Positions 50,375 to 64,000 of a stretch of 64,000 nucleotides of DNA are shown here, in pieces (the first letter of the stretch is position 1; each line of letters opens with the position of its first letter). Under the pieces are notes generated by a model. That model was not told the DNA's origin. It saw only the letters and a list, made by a program, of their open reading frames with translations, and searched no databases. The DNA is taken from assembly GCF_018350175.1 (NCBI RefSeq), contig NC_058368.1, positions 210,244,001-210,308,000 on the forward strand. The letters are read 5' to 3'. The position numbers were made by a program, and so were the translations under genes. Source of the DNA: Felis catus (Eukaryota).

Positions 50375-51903
50375 CTGTAAACAATAATTTCATGTAGTAA
50401 ATTTAGCACTTTTTTAACCAGTACAAAATCAAAACATAATCATTTCTTGTATAACACCACTGTAAAATGTTCGTCCTTAGGTCTGAGCAGGTAAGGGCAC
50501 TTCGCATCGTTGTTTCTAACATTCGAAAAACCTGATTTGAAAACAACGTTAATAGAAATGACGGGTTTTGGCTTTTTTTGTTCCATTTTGAACATCAGGG
50601 AGGGTCATCAGTGTAAATAGGAAGTTAGTGTTTTGTGTCGGGTTTTTTTTGTTTTGTTTTTTTTAAGAACTTAATCATTTTTCTTCTAGACACCATTAAA
50701 AAAAAACACTGTTCCTATCAAAAGGTTCCACACCTGAGTTTTAACTTTTACATAGGTTCAAGCTGTCTTACTGCTTTGAAACTGCACGGAACATACACCT
50801 ACTTCTGGCGTGTCTTTCTGAGTGAATGAGCATGCAGTTCTTCTCACAGGACTCTAGGTCCAGTAACTTTATAAAACAATGGCTTTCAAACAATTATTGT
50901 GGGAGACAATTTTTTTTTAAGGGCAATTTAAAATACTTGATTCCAGAGTAATATAAAAATAACTTTAAGAGCCTTGGCAATAAAGGAAAATCGCAGGCAA
51001 CTTCAGTTTGGCATTCTGTCCAAAATTTCGAGAACAAAGACTGGTTACCACCACCTTTCTAAAACAAAGTGAGCCATTTTAAAAGCTAAAGAACCCACTT
51101 AACATGATTTGATCGCAAAGTTAGAAGGCCACAGTTCTGTTTCCTCAGCTAATACAGAATTCTGGGAACAAAGTCCATGAAGGAAACTTCAGTAACGTGC
51201 ATTAGAGGGTACTTCAGATTAACTCGTCATAGAAAGTTGCCTCTTGAGCCTTCAAAGTCCATACCAATTCTTTACCTCTGGTTGATTAGCTGTTTTTTAA
51301 AATTTAGGTTTCAAGGTGAATTGCCCAGGGCTATTTGTTTCCATGAACCTAGCTTCAAATCTAAAGGCAAAGTTGAAATGCATATTTTTCTATCCCCAGA
51401 AGAGATTACCACAAATGCTACTATCCATCCTATGATTCTTTTGTTCCACTCACAATACAAATAGCTTATTCTTCTACCAATCTATGTCTCATAAAGCAAT
51501 ACTGAAAAGTTAAATAGAAGAAAGTTACCATATAGACTGTGAAAATGATTTGCTGGTGGTGACTCTTATACTTGATTCTAAATAGATTGAATAAGAAGGG
51601 CACTTGGAAGAGGTGGCTCAAATCTTGCTGTTTAAGGTCTCTTGAAATTACCGGTTCTCCTAAAATTTCAAAAGGCCTAAAACTTAGGCTTTTAAAGGCA
51701 CAGAAGCAGTGACAGAAGCTTTTATAGTTACTTAGAAAAAGCAAAACTTCATAGTTTTCTCTCAATGGTTGTCTAATATACTTGCAGAATGAAGGCAAAG
51801 GGAAAACCAAGAGTAACAATAGCTGAGTGCTCCAGCAAGCGGGCTTCCTGCCTATTTTCCCTGTTCCAAAGAAAAGAGGAGACACCATCCTGCAAAAAAT
51901 ACT

Positions 51904-52170
<267 letters not shown>

Positions 52171-55100
52171 CTAGGGTTACATGACCCAATTTTTACAATT
52201 TGTATCATATTCTATTAAACGCAAACTGAAAACATAATTCGCAATCAAGGATTTGAGAAAACAGCGAAGGTGAATCAAACCAGAAAGCACAGACTGAGGC
52301 TCAAGACAACACAGCCCTAGGACACACGCAGCACATTTTGTTAAATTTCTCACAACCTAAAAACTCTGAGGTTTCTTTAAAACCCAACCATATTTGCTTC
52401 CTTTCTCCATTCTTGATTTAAAACGAAAGGCGTTACTGTGTTGTGAGAAGCTAGAAGGTAGTGATGGTAAAGAATCACCACAAGTTACATGTGATTTCAA
52501 AATATGGACTTGACCTTTAGTTGAACTAGGCTCTTCCCTCTCAAAAGATCAGCAGAAGTTAAGGTAACTTCTTAGTAAGTCCATTACCTGTGATAAAACC
52601 TAACAGTGACTTCACTAAGATCTTTTAGACGGGGTTATATAGTTGGGTGCAGACAGAAAAAAAGAAATAATCAATCACACCTTTTCTAGGAGAGGCAAGA
52701 GTCATCTGACTTCTCCACACATTACCATTTTTGCTGTTGTTTTGGTTTGGTTTTGGTCACATATAGGCCAATCCTCTTCTCAGGTATTTCCCATTAAGTG
52801 AAATTCAACTCTGTCAAGAGTGAAATTCTGGTCCACAAAAAAGGGAGCCTATTTCTCCAAAGTAAATACTTTAGGTAATGATTCTTTCTTCTTAACCCAG
52901 ATCTATGTGCTTAGAAATTCATCTCTCTGATCTGTATTTGCTCCAGGTTGGGACACACAGTACAAAGTCTTAGGAAAGGGAATATTTAGTTTGGAATATC
53001 AACAAAATCCCACTGCGGATCAATGAACACATCAGAGACCTAGAGTTAGAAGCATCCTTTTTATTTTCATTTTGCTGGTAACTACTAAAAAACCAAACTT
53101 TCCTCACAGTAATTGTCCCCTTGCCTCCAATCTTTCTTCCTTCCAGCCTATTCTATATACCAGTGCCCAAGGCATCTTCCTAGAGCCTAGCTCAGATTAT
53201 GTCACCCCTCCCACTCACCTGCTCCACAGCCTTTGATGCTGCCCTCTTGTTTACGGAACTCAAACTGTTCAGCTGGCCTTAGGACTTTTCCACGTTCAAC
53301 CTGTTCTCCCAGTCACCCCACTACCCTCTAAATGTATTTATTCTACATTCAACAGAGCCTAGTAAACACCATAGACGTTCAATACATGTTAGCTGAATAA
53401 AGATGAAGGGCACTTTAGAAAATACGAGTACTATCTAAATAAAATAAATATGCTTGGTGTTCATAAAAGGCCAGTAAGATCTGGAGGTTACAACAGACAC
53501 CAAAGAAAATCAGGAAGAACAAACTGCTGTTCTTGAAGTAAACTAACCTCTGGACCATAGAGACAGAAGTGCAAAGAAAGATCACAATTCATAGATGTTT
53601 ATACTCGTCATTGCTTAAGATGACAGCAATTCTGCCCCAACCTGAAGTCCCTCTTACGTGAAATCTGAGTATTTGAGAACTTTGTGATGAAAATTCAGGT
53701 GCTGCGATATCCAAATGAGACAAACTGTAAGTCATTCTATAGTGGACGGTGTCAGAAGCAGAACCTAGAGGTGGGAGCAAGGAAAGGAGGTACAGCGGAT
53801 GGCAGAAGAGGAAATGTTCTTGCAACAGCGCTGGGAAGGACGCTCGGCGAGGAAGGACATGACAGCAGATTCTCAGAAGACACTCAGGTGTCCCAGCTGA
53901 AAAAGGAGGGAGCTGCCTTTGATGGGATGGTGGACAACGGACCAACCCAAGTCAAAAAACCAGAAAGTCTTTACACTTTTAACGAGACCACAAAAATAAA
54001 AAAACACTGAAAGCCCCTTCGTACATGTATCATCTACAACGCAGCAGAACAAATTTCTAAGCATCTTTCTAGATTGAAAAGCAACTGAAGGCTGGTGAAT
54101 AGGAACAAATCTCTGAAGAGCAATGACTTCTAATTTAGGAAGCATAAACGGACACTGGTAATGTCTTCAGTATCTTTGCTGAATCTCAGTAAACAGAAGA
54201 TATTTACAGACCCCCTCACGCGTTCATACCTCACCTCCACTACACGATCCTGTTTTCCTTATAAAATTTAGTAAATGCCTAACTAGGAATTCTCCCTACA
54301 ACAGACTTTTTATTTAGTCTCTCCTAATGCCAGATCAGTTTGCTACCTCCAGCTCGGCTTTCTTACTTGAATGAGAAATACAGAACAATCAGAAGAGAGT
54401 TCAGACTTACGGGATAAGATCGATAAAGGCATAAGAAAATAGACACAATGCGGACATATCCTGGGGAAGAAAAATCTGATTACCCACGTATTCTAAAGCA
54501 CTATCATGACAGAAGAAAGTCATTCAAATTTTATTTTCCCACTTTTGAGATAAGAAATAAAAATTCTTCAGCATAAACGGCTTTCTCAAAATTACTACTG
54601 AGGATCCTAGAATTCTTACTATGAATTTCAAATACATCAGCTGCCAGAATGGAAGTAGAGGGAATAACATTTTATCTTGAAAAACTCCTAAGGACAGGGT
54701 ACAAGCAAACTAATCTTAATGGGTTCAGAAGGTAAATCAATGTACGTATTATTTACATAATGCCTGAAGAAACATCCTCTTTTACCTTAAAGTTCAAGCA
54801 CAGCATCTTTTCTCTCTGTGTTACTCTTTTGGTGGTCTGATTTGTAAATTAAACTCCTGATGCCCCTATTTCTCTCATTTCAAGGTAAGATTTAGACAAG
54901 TCACAAGAAGGCAGTGAAGGTTCAAACCTAAGTCTGTTGTGACCTGAGGTCTGTACGCTTAAGCATCAAGTCATACTGCCTGCAGGTATTACACCATGGA
55001 AGTGTTACTATCCTACTGGATAAAAATACTAAACTGTGAGAGCTCACAGCCTTCCCTTAGCCTCTGCTCAAGAAAACAACAACAACATCTGGGGATTACC

Positions 55101-56640
55101 TGCTTAGCTTCTTTTTCTGGAGAGAAAGAACGGAAGTGAGACATCTGGATAGATTCTCTTGAGAAAAGCAACCAAAACACACTGATCCCCAGGGGGCTGC
55201 ACAGGCAATGAGGCTGAAGCCCAGAGGGCAAGGACAGGAAAGACAGAAGACAGAAATGCCTTTCTAGGTAGATGCTAGAGGCTCCTAGGAGTTTGGGATA
55301 CTAGAAAGGGCAGGAGATTTCAGTAACAGTTCCATGGATATGAATTTACACCCTACCTCTCAGAGCCACGGATGTAAATCCTAGCATCCCTGTTAGGCAG
55401 TGCTTTTTCAAATGAGATACCAGCAGAGACCCTGAGCCCCAAGATTAATTAAAGCGATTAATTAAAAACAGAATTACTGGACTCTCTAACTCTACTAGTT
55501 AACCTGAAGTTACCTTCAGATACCTGAAGTATCTGATTTATTAATTCTTAAAACCAACTTAGAAGATTCAAACCAATCATTCAAAGACTACATAAATTCT
55601 TTGTTCAAATTCACCACCTTTCTTTGGTAGACGCCAGAGGCTAAATTACCTTCATCTGGATAGTGAGCTACACACAGGAGGTCAGCAGCCTCTTTCAGGG
55701 CATACTGGCTGGAATAAGAAAGAAGGGCACCTGACCAAATTCAAGATACTGACTTCTTGTGGTTTTCAATGAAATTGCTATGCATTTACATTCTACATGA
55801 GGAAGGATCTTCCAGCCCTTTGGGGATAAAAGAAAGGAAACTTTTTAAAAACAAACAAATAAATAATATTATTCCTGGGATGACTTGAGCATAGCACTTT
55901 CCAAAAGAAAGATCAGACTTCTTTTTCCTTTGTGCAAATTTTTGTGGAAGTTGCTGAGCAGGTACAAAATTAACCCTCCTAAGAGCTACCGGATTAGATA
56001 TAGACTATTTTCATCCGTCCAGAAAACCTAGGACCTAGACCCGGCTCAGTCATTAACTTACTTTACAGCTTTGGGTTAAGACATTTTTCTCTTCTGGACT
56101 TCAATCTCCCCCTATTCCAAGACAGCATTAGACTCTTCTGATATTTACCATTTACATTCTGCCATTCTTCCCATTCCCTGACTACCGTCCAGAACAGCCA
56201 TCACTAGATTACACAACTTTCCTCCAAGGCCAGAGGGAGCCTCTCACAGTTAACTGGGGTTGATTTGAAAAATATGGGGTGGGGGGGAAGCCTCCACTGA
56301 TCTGCCTCCCAGTTATTACTGTGAGCTCCCCAGAGGTAGAAACTGTCTTCTCCTTTTGTAAATCTTCCAGATACTAGTACAGTATTGTAATATCTAAACC
56401 TGCTTCTAGGTAAATAATAAATGTTTAGTAAACTATCCCAATCAACTCAACTTTTCTAGATATTTTAAACAAAAAATTTTGCCTTGGGTTTTCTATTTTG
56501 CTGGTCTTCCCTAACCTATTTGTGGCCCACTAATATTGATGCCAAGTTTTAAACATCTGCTACTTACAATAACAGATATTAATCCCAAGTGGCATCTCCT
56601 TTGCTCCCTGTCTTCTAGTTTTAGACAATGAAAATACTTA

Positions 56641-56784
<144 letters not shown>

Positions 56785-56914
56785 TCAATTCAGATGGAGA
56801 AGACAGAATTAGCTGACCGTTTGGTTCCTTCAACATGTTAAGATGCTTTCCTCCTTCAAAGATCAGTCATGACTTTTCAATTTTTGTTTGAAAAGAAATA
56901 AACAAAAAAAATAC

Positions 56915-56966
56915 CTTAAGTCTAGGTGGACAAGATTGGGGCATCTTCCAACTAAGGTAGAGACAT
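56915..56966 (-). CDS. SKP2: SKP2 coding exon (52 nt; probably exon 8)
   Basis: tttcccctag|AT...TTAAG|gtatt; (D)VSTLVGRCPNLVHLDL(S). Confidence 0.96.
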
Positions 56967-57099
56967 CTAGGGGAAAAAATGATGGGCACGATTAAATGAG
57001 GAACACCACAAGGGTATCTGCTATTAACACTATCTTTAACATTGTGCGAATAAAACTTTGGGACAATGCAATTAGTCACTCTATTAGACACAAACCACA

Positions 57100-57940
57100 A
57101 AGTCATCGTCTTGGCATGTAAGATTTTTGAACCCAGAAAATCCAAGAGAATCAACTGAAAATAGTAGGAGAACTATGTAACACAACAGGTTAACAACAAT
57201 CCATAGCTTATCTATGTATGTGCAAAAACTGGCTGGGGAAGAAAAGAAAACAAACAAAAATCCCATTCACAATAGCAAAAAGCAAAAACAAACACCACCA
57301 TATATAAACAAACAACACATTATAAAGGTAGCACTTAAAATCAATAGGGGAAATCATGGATTATTTTTAAAAAATGATATTGCTACCACAGGCAGAAAGA
57401 GACTTATTTCTCCAACTCAAATAATATTTCCAAATAAATTCCGTACATATTAACAAGTCCTAAATGCAAAAATATGAGTATTTTCTTTCACTGGATCTTG
57501 GGATAGGTAAGGCTTTTCTAAACACAAAAGAACACACAAAGGAAACACTGACAATTTGCTACATAAAAATTTTAACTCTACCATGTTAAAGCAACACAAA
57601 CCACAAACAGAATTAAAGAAGTGTCAGAAAACTGCAAATGTTTTCAACATACATGCAGTAGACAGTTAATGGTCTTATATAAAGAGAAGAGAAAGCTAAA
57701 TATAGAAAATGAGTGAAGAATATGAAGAGATACTTGGCAAAATAGGTATAAATGGAGTAAGAAAAGCAAAATAAAATTGAAATATTGCTTTTTAGCCATC
57801 AAATAAAAAAAAAATTCTATCATAATACCCAGAATTGATGAAATACAATTAAGCAGATCTCACATACACTGCAAGTGGATATTTAATTTCCTGCAGCCAT
57901 TCAGGGGAGCAAATGGATTTTTTTTAGGATGAGCAGATTC

Positions 57941-57984
<44 letters not shown>

Positions 57985-58560
57985 CTGAGCATTATACACT
58001 CGGCACTTTGGCTTAGTAATTCCAATTTTAGAAAAACAATTAGGTGTGCACGAAGACATTCATTTTAGCATAGCTATACTAACCCTTCCCCCAATTATTT
58101 TAATCCATTAACCTCCCTCCATTCTGTGGAACACAATGCCAATGACGGTTATTCAAAAGCTTTTATTTATTTATTTTTTTAATGTTTATTTATTTTTGAG
58201 AGAAAGAGGGAGAGAGAGAGCAGGGGAGGGGCAGAGAGGACGAGACAGAGGATCTGAAGCAGGCTCTGTGCTGAAAGCAAAGAGCCAGATGCGGAGCTCG
58301 AACTCATGAACTGTGAGATCATGACCTGAGCCGAAGTTGGGCACTTAACGGACTGAGCCCCCCAGGTGCCCCTTCAAAAGCTTTTAAATAACACTTAATG
58401 ACATGAAAAAATACTAAAGATATAGTGTATAGTGAAAACAAAACCAGTGGGTGTAGCAGGGGAAGGCCAGAAGGAAATATACACAAGGGTGGCAGAATCA
58501 CAGGTACCTTTGCAGAATTTGGAAGAAAGTCACATGTGCTACTTTGCAATCAGAAAATGA
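57100..58560 (+). mobile_element. Very old L1ME-like remnant with a nested SINE (58165-58372, minus)
   Basis: degenerate ORF2/3' UTR motifs; SINE TSD ttcaaaagctttt. Confidence 0.6.
57943..57982. repeat. (TG)20 microsatellite
   Basis: read directly. Confidence 0.97.
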
Positions 58561-58673
58561 ATCAGTAGATGTTATTTATTTTTAAAACCAGCTTCATTTC
58601 CTGTGGGAAGGAAAACATGGGACTGCCGTCAGCCCCAGTCCCTCCCCTGCAACCTAAACCTAGACTTGCATTT

Positions 58674-58898
58674 AATTTTTTTTTTAATTTTTTTTAACGT
58701 TTATTTATTTTTGAGACAGAGAGAGACAGAGCATGAACGGGGGAGGGGCAGAGAGAGGGGGAGACACAGAATCGGAAGTAGTCTCCAGGCTCTGAGCCAT
58801 CAGCCCAGAGCCCGACGCGGGGCTCGAACTCACGGACCGCGAGATGGTGACCTGAGCTGAAGTCGGACGCTTAACTGACTGAGCCACCCAGGCGCCCC
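58674..58898 (-). mobile_element. SINEC_Fc
   Basis: TSD tagacttgcattt. Confidence 0.95.
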
Positions 58899-58899
58899 T

Positions 58900-59770
58900 A
58901 GACTTGCATTTTAAGCCGTCTCCTCAACACACCCACTGTGATAGGTGACAGGCATCTCAAAGTCATGCCTAAAAGCAAAACTTCATTTCTTCTCTAAATC
59001 TGCCCCTTCCCTAAGTCTTTTCCATCTCTGAGAAGGTACTCAAGTCACCCATCCAGCTGCTTAGGCCGGAACCCCGAAGTCACACTCAACTGTTTTCTCA
59101 CATCCCACATCCAGTCTGTTACCGAAGCCTGTTCTGGTGGCTTTTTACCATCTGATCATTTCTTACCACCTCCAAAGTCACCACCCGAGGCTCTTACAGC
59201 CTTTTCTCAACACGGCACCGGAAGAAGACTTTTAAAGGTGAGTGAGATCATATCACATCATTAGCTGCTCAAAATGCTACAACGGCTTCCCATCTCACTC
59301 AGGAAAATTCCGAACAAAGCTTCTGCCTCGGCTTAGAGAACCATGGGCTACCTTACCTCCTATCACTGTCCTCCTTGCTCCCTCTCACATACTGCCTCCC
59401 ATATAAGGCCTTTGCACTTGCTGGTCCTCAGTTCTAGAATGTTCTTTCCTCACTTATCTATACAGCTCATGCCTTTCACTCAGGCCTTTGTTCAAGCATC
59501 ACTTCCTCCAAGAGGCCCTCTTTGGCCATTCCATTTGAAAATAAGCCCCTCTGGCCTGTGCTCTGCCTGGTCACTCTGCTCCATTCTTTCTCCCTCCATC
59601 TCATCTCCTTTCATCACATTTAGTCATCTGTTGGTTGCCTGCCTCCCCCACCAGAACATAAGCTGTACAGGGGTGACTTCATCAGTTTGGTTCAAGGCCA
59701 CAGCTCCCAAGTCTGGAACAGGGCTTTGTGCATCGTAGGTGCTCAATAAACATTTGTTTAATGAGTGACT
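58900..59770 (+). mobile_element. L2 3' portion
   Basis: ends gtaggtgctcaataaacatttgtttaatgagtga; another L2 remnant at ~53100-53405. Confidence 0.75.
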
Positions 59771-61449
59771 AAAAAACGAAGAAGCGCACAGTACACTTTT
59801 GAGTGACCCACCACCTGGCCAGCCAACCAGCCATCAACAAAACTCAAAATCAGATACCATGTTATTTTGATGCCACCCAGGAAAGAACAAAACCTTGGGG
59901 GGTAAAACTGGTTGGTCTCCAGCCCTCACTTAAGCCCTGGCCATCCCTCAGCAGAAAGGGTTAGTAAATAGTAACTGCTTACGAGTATAGATTCCCTCTA
60001 CACACGATCCCCTTCATTTCACCACTAACCGGAGCTCTGCCTGAGCCAGAAGGCATCTTACAAATCCCCAAATCTAACCCATCATTTTAGGGGAGAGCGA
60101 TTTCATCTAGAGAATTCAAGGGCACATCCAAGACCAAGAGCTGGGTCCTCCAAGACCTCGGTCAGCCCCTACTGCCCCATGGGGAGGTCGGTGGGGGTGT
60201 AACAGCCAACAATTATTGTATTCTCACTAGCGTTAACATGCTATGTGAGATTAAACCATTTATTCTTAACTGCAACTCTAAGAGACAGGCTTCACTACCA
60301 CTCCCTCCATTTTACTCACGAGGAAACTGAGGAACAGGAAAGTTTAGCAACTTGCTCACGACCACAAAGTAAATGGCAGAGCAGGAAGCTGAACCCGGGC
60401 GGACTGGCACCAGTCTGGGAGCTAAAATAACATTTATATTATCTTCTAAATAGTGAAGCAGTGTGTGCCATTGTTAAAGATATTAAAAAAAAATCTGATT
60501 CCCACTATATAATTAAGAAAACACATACTTCAACTTAAACTCTAGGTCTTTGTCCTTGCTCTGAATGTGTCTAGCAAGCACGATTTTATTACCCATTATT
60601 CTTGCCAAATCTTGGTAAACAGGCTCTCCATTCTTTTCTGGAAGAACAAGAGAAGTGTTTTAAGCCAAACTTGGGACAAATTAACAGCAGCTTGCCTATA
60701 GCAGAGTTCCTCAACCTTGCAGCTAGAACCTCGTTCATTCAGAAAGACTCTCAATAAAGAAGCAGCAAATTCAGATATGAGGCACTGCCTTTTCTTGTCT
60801 TGGGGATGAGCAGAGAACTAGTGGTGAGATTCAATGTGAAGAGGCTGCTCACTGGCGGGAGTTTAAAATCCTTCGGAGGCAATTTGGCAAGAACTACCCA
60901 GAACTTAAGAACAGAGCCTAATCCTTGACTCAGCAATTCCACTTTTAAGATCCCACCCTTAGAAATGCACTCAAAGGTCTGTTTATGTTCATGACAAGGT
61001 TGTTTATAAAAGGAAAAAACTGGAAAGACTCTAAAAGTCCATTACAAGGAGATCAAGTGAAGGAATTATTATTCAATCAATATAAATCATTCTTTATCTA
61101 TTTGATGGAATATCACACAGCCACTGACAATGATGTGGGAGAGCTACTAAAAATGGGATTATCTGGAGGGAAAAAAAGGGTATTCCAAAGTATTTCATGC
61201 ACTATGTCCCACTTTAAAAAACACTTTTAGGCAGGAAAAAAAGCATCAAGATGTTAGTGAGATTGCTGATGATTTGTTTTTCTTGCTGTTTTTCCATATT
61301 TTCTGTATTTTTGAGAGTGTGTAATACTGTAATGAGATTTAAAACAGTATTTAAAGGAGAAAAACGAGAACACAAGTATCGTGTGTATAGGAGAGTGGTA
61401 AGAAAAACACTCTGCTGCTTTTACAGATGCCTAAAGAAAATAATCCCCT

Positions 61450-62095
61450 TGGGAATGCAAGCTGGTGCAGCCCCTCTGGAAAACAGTATGGAGGTTCCTC
61501 AAAAAACTAAAAATAGAACTACCCTACGACCCAGCAATTGCACTACTAGGCATTTACCCACGAGATACAGGTGTGCTGTTTCAAAGGGACACATGCACCC
61601 CCATGTTTATAGCAGCACTAGCAACAATAGCCAAAGTATGGAAAGAGCCCAAATGGCCCTCGATGGATGAATGGATAAAGAAGATGTGGTATATATATAC
61701 AATGGAGTATTACTCGGCAATCAAAAAAGAATGAAATCTTGCCATTTGCAACTACGTGGATGGAACTGGAGGAGTATTATGCTAAGTGAAATTAGTCAGA
61801 GAGAGACAAAAGTCATATGACTTCACTCATATGAGGACTTTAAGAGACAAAACAGATGAACATAAGGGAAGGGAAACAAAAATAATGTAAAAACAGGGAG
61901 GGGGACAAAACAGAAGAGACTCATAAATATGGAGAACAAACTGAGGGTTACAGGAGGGCTTGTGGGAGGGGGGATGGGGCTAAATTGGTAAGGGGCATTA
62001 AGGAATCTACTCCCGAAATCATTGTTGCACTATATGCTAACTAAATTGGATGTAAATTTAAAAAAATAAAAAATCAAATTAAAAAAAAAAAAAGA
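61450..62095 (+). mobile_element. Felid L1 3' end, antisense in a SKP2 intron
   Basis: ORF2 C-terminus [31 protein letters not shown]...AIKK; 17-bp TSD aaagaaaataatcccct (61433-61449 and 62096-62112). Confidence 0.96.
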
Positions 62096-62611
62096 AAAGA
62101 AAATAATCCCCTGTCTGAAGATGCAGGCGTCTGGACTTGGGCACAGGCAAAGGACTCAACTCCCTGGCCGCTCCCAAGAATCTAGCTCGTCTTCTGATTG
62201 CCTGATACATCTTACTTTGCCAAAGACACATTTGTTCTGGAGAAGCATGTCTCAAATACTAATATTCTAAGAAGATACATTCTCCAAATGTCTGATTCAA
62301 ATCTTTTAAAGTATAATAAACTCTATAATAAATAAAACAGTTATGAGCTAACATCAAGTCATAAAGACACGGCTGAGGTGCGCTGGCAGCTTCACAAGGC
62401 TTTGCGTGGCCCGCAGCCTGAGAGCTCGAGGGGAAGCCATTAAAAAAAAAACCTGTGCCATTTGCAAACACTTATCTCTGCAAATCGAGGTTTTGCCAAT
62501 ATTAGAAGATTAAAGCACAACTGAATGTTGAGGCTTATAAAGACTGTTGGCTATTCGCACATTACCCCTGACTTCAAATGCCCGTATTAAACTAAACATC
62601 ATGATCCTCTT

Positions 62612-62853
62612 TTTTTTTTTTTTAATTTTTTTTTTTTAATTTTTTTTTTTTAATGTTTATTTATTTTTGGGACAGAGAGAGACAGAGCATGAACGGGGGA
62701 GGGGCAGAGAGAGAGGGAGACACAGAATCGGAAACAGGCTCCAGGCTCTGAGCCATCAGCCCAGAGCCTGACGCGGGGCTCGAACTCACGGACCGCGAGA
62801 TCGTGACCTGGCTGAAGTCGGATGCTTAACCGACTGCGCCACCCAGGCACCCC
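62612..62853 (-). mobile_element. Young SINEC_Fc
   Basis: 19-bp TSD taaacatcatgatcctctt. Confidence 0.96.
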
Positions 62854-62922
62854 TAAACATCATGATCCTCTTAGACTGGATTAAGAAGAGTTGTAATATG
62901 ATCTTATAAACAGGGCTGAGAA

Positions 62923-63130
62923 CAGGGTTTTTCAAACCTTGGCACTTCTGACATTTGGGTCAGATTATCTTTTTGTGTTCTTCTGCTGTCCTGTGCATTG
63001 CTTTCTTGCATTCCGGGCTTCTGCCCACTGGATGCCAGTAGCATCCCTGCAGCTGTGACAATCACAAATGTCTCCAGACGTTCCCGAATGTCCCCTTGGC
63101 AGGAAAACTCTCCCTGGTTGAGCACCACTG
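62923..63130 (-). mobile_element. MER20
   Basis: cagggttttt...ggttgagcaccactg termini. Confidence 0.85.
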
Positions 63131-63429
63131 CTTACTGATCAAACACTGCGTTCATCTATTCTATGTTGGGGGTCTTACCTAATAATTCAGCTGACTAAAA
63201 GAAGTTCTGCTTAAATTGGTTGAAAGTACAAAGGCTTTCACTTCCAGATTCTGGATTCAGATCCTGATGCTACCCCACCGGCTGTCCATCACCTAACCCT
63301 TCCAATCAGCTGCTACCTCCTCTGGACAATGGGAACAAGACTATGCATACTGGACTGAGACAATGGAGGCAGGACAGCACTTAGAAGCTCTGCAGTAAAT
63401 GAAACCTTCTGCTGGTATGGTCGCTGTTA

Positions 63430-63705
<276 letters not shown>

Positions 63706-64000
63706 TCACGCACAGAACCTCTGCTTCTCTAAGCAGCTACCTCCCTCTGCTCACCTGAAACTGCCTTCTCCCCTCCTGACACACTCCCCTGCCCTGGTTT
63801 GCCTCAGAAAGTTGCCTTAGTGAGTGATGCCCCCTTCTGGAAATGGAGGGAACACTCTCCTCTAGATGGCTCAAACCTCATTACAGGACTAGATGGAGAA
63901 ACTCTAGGCTATTTTCTTTTTCAACCAACCACGTTGTTAGCAAACAACCAGAGACTGAACAATCACTTGAGACACTTTAAAAAAATATGTATCGGTGGGG

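Larger units (their letters stand above)
50180..51903 (-). other. SKP2: SKP2 3' UTR (long form)
   Basis: no recognisable repeat between the stop and the minus-strand AATAAA at 50204-50209; U-rich run downstream (A-run on + at ~50135-50160). Confidence 0.7.

Noticed and set aside
53589..54145. Overlapping 90-118 aa ORFs on both strands in the last SKP2 intron
   Set aside because: No recognisable domain or exon structure; lengths are compatible with chance in a locally GC-richer patch
63169..63183. Near-copy of the SKP2 exon 7 donor context (gggtcttacctaat)
   Set aside because: Short match expected by chance; extending the exon meets a stop at 63427

Overview
Felid (cat-like) genomic DNA, judged from abundant Can-SINE/SINEC_Fc elements and felid-type L1. 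The window holds the 3' halves of two convergent genes. NADK2 (mitochondrial NAD kinase 2, + strand) has 8 constitutive coding exons at 4966-31951, plus a 66-nt in-frame cassette exon at 15803-15868. SKP2 (F-box/LRR protein, - strand) has its last 4 coding exons at 63586-51904 and a 3' UTR ending near 50180. Between the two 3' ends lies a ~12.8-kb nested repeat block: a doubly truncated L1 fragment, then a near-full-length old L1 interrupted by a ~3.3-kb Tigger2-type DNA transposon, with seven SINEs inserted across the two L1s. Almost all ORF-track entries are repeat-derived or spurious. I see no convincing wholly new biological system. The most interesting signals concern splicing: a frameshifted remnant of the human Skp2B alternative terminal exon inside the SKP2 3' UTR, a NADK2 cassette exon flanked by RBFOX/QKI motifs, and a candidate 50-nt cryptic SKP2 exon. 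Gene, isoform and repeat-family names come from my recall of the families, not from a database search. Repeat boundaries are approximate unless a target-site duplication (TSD) is given.
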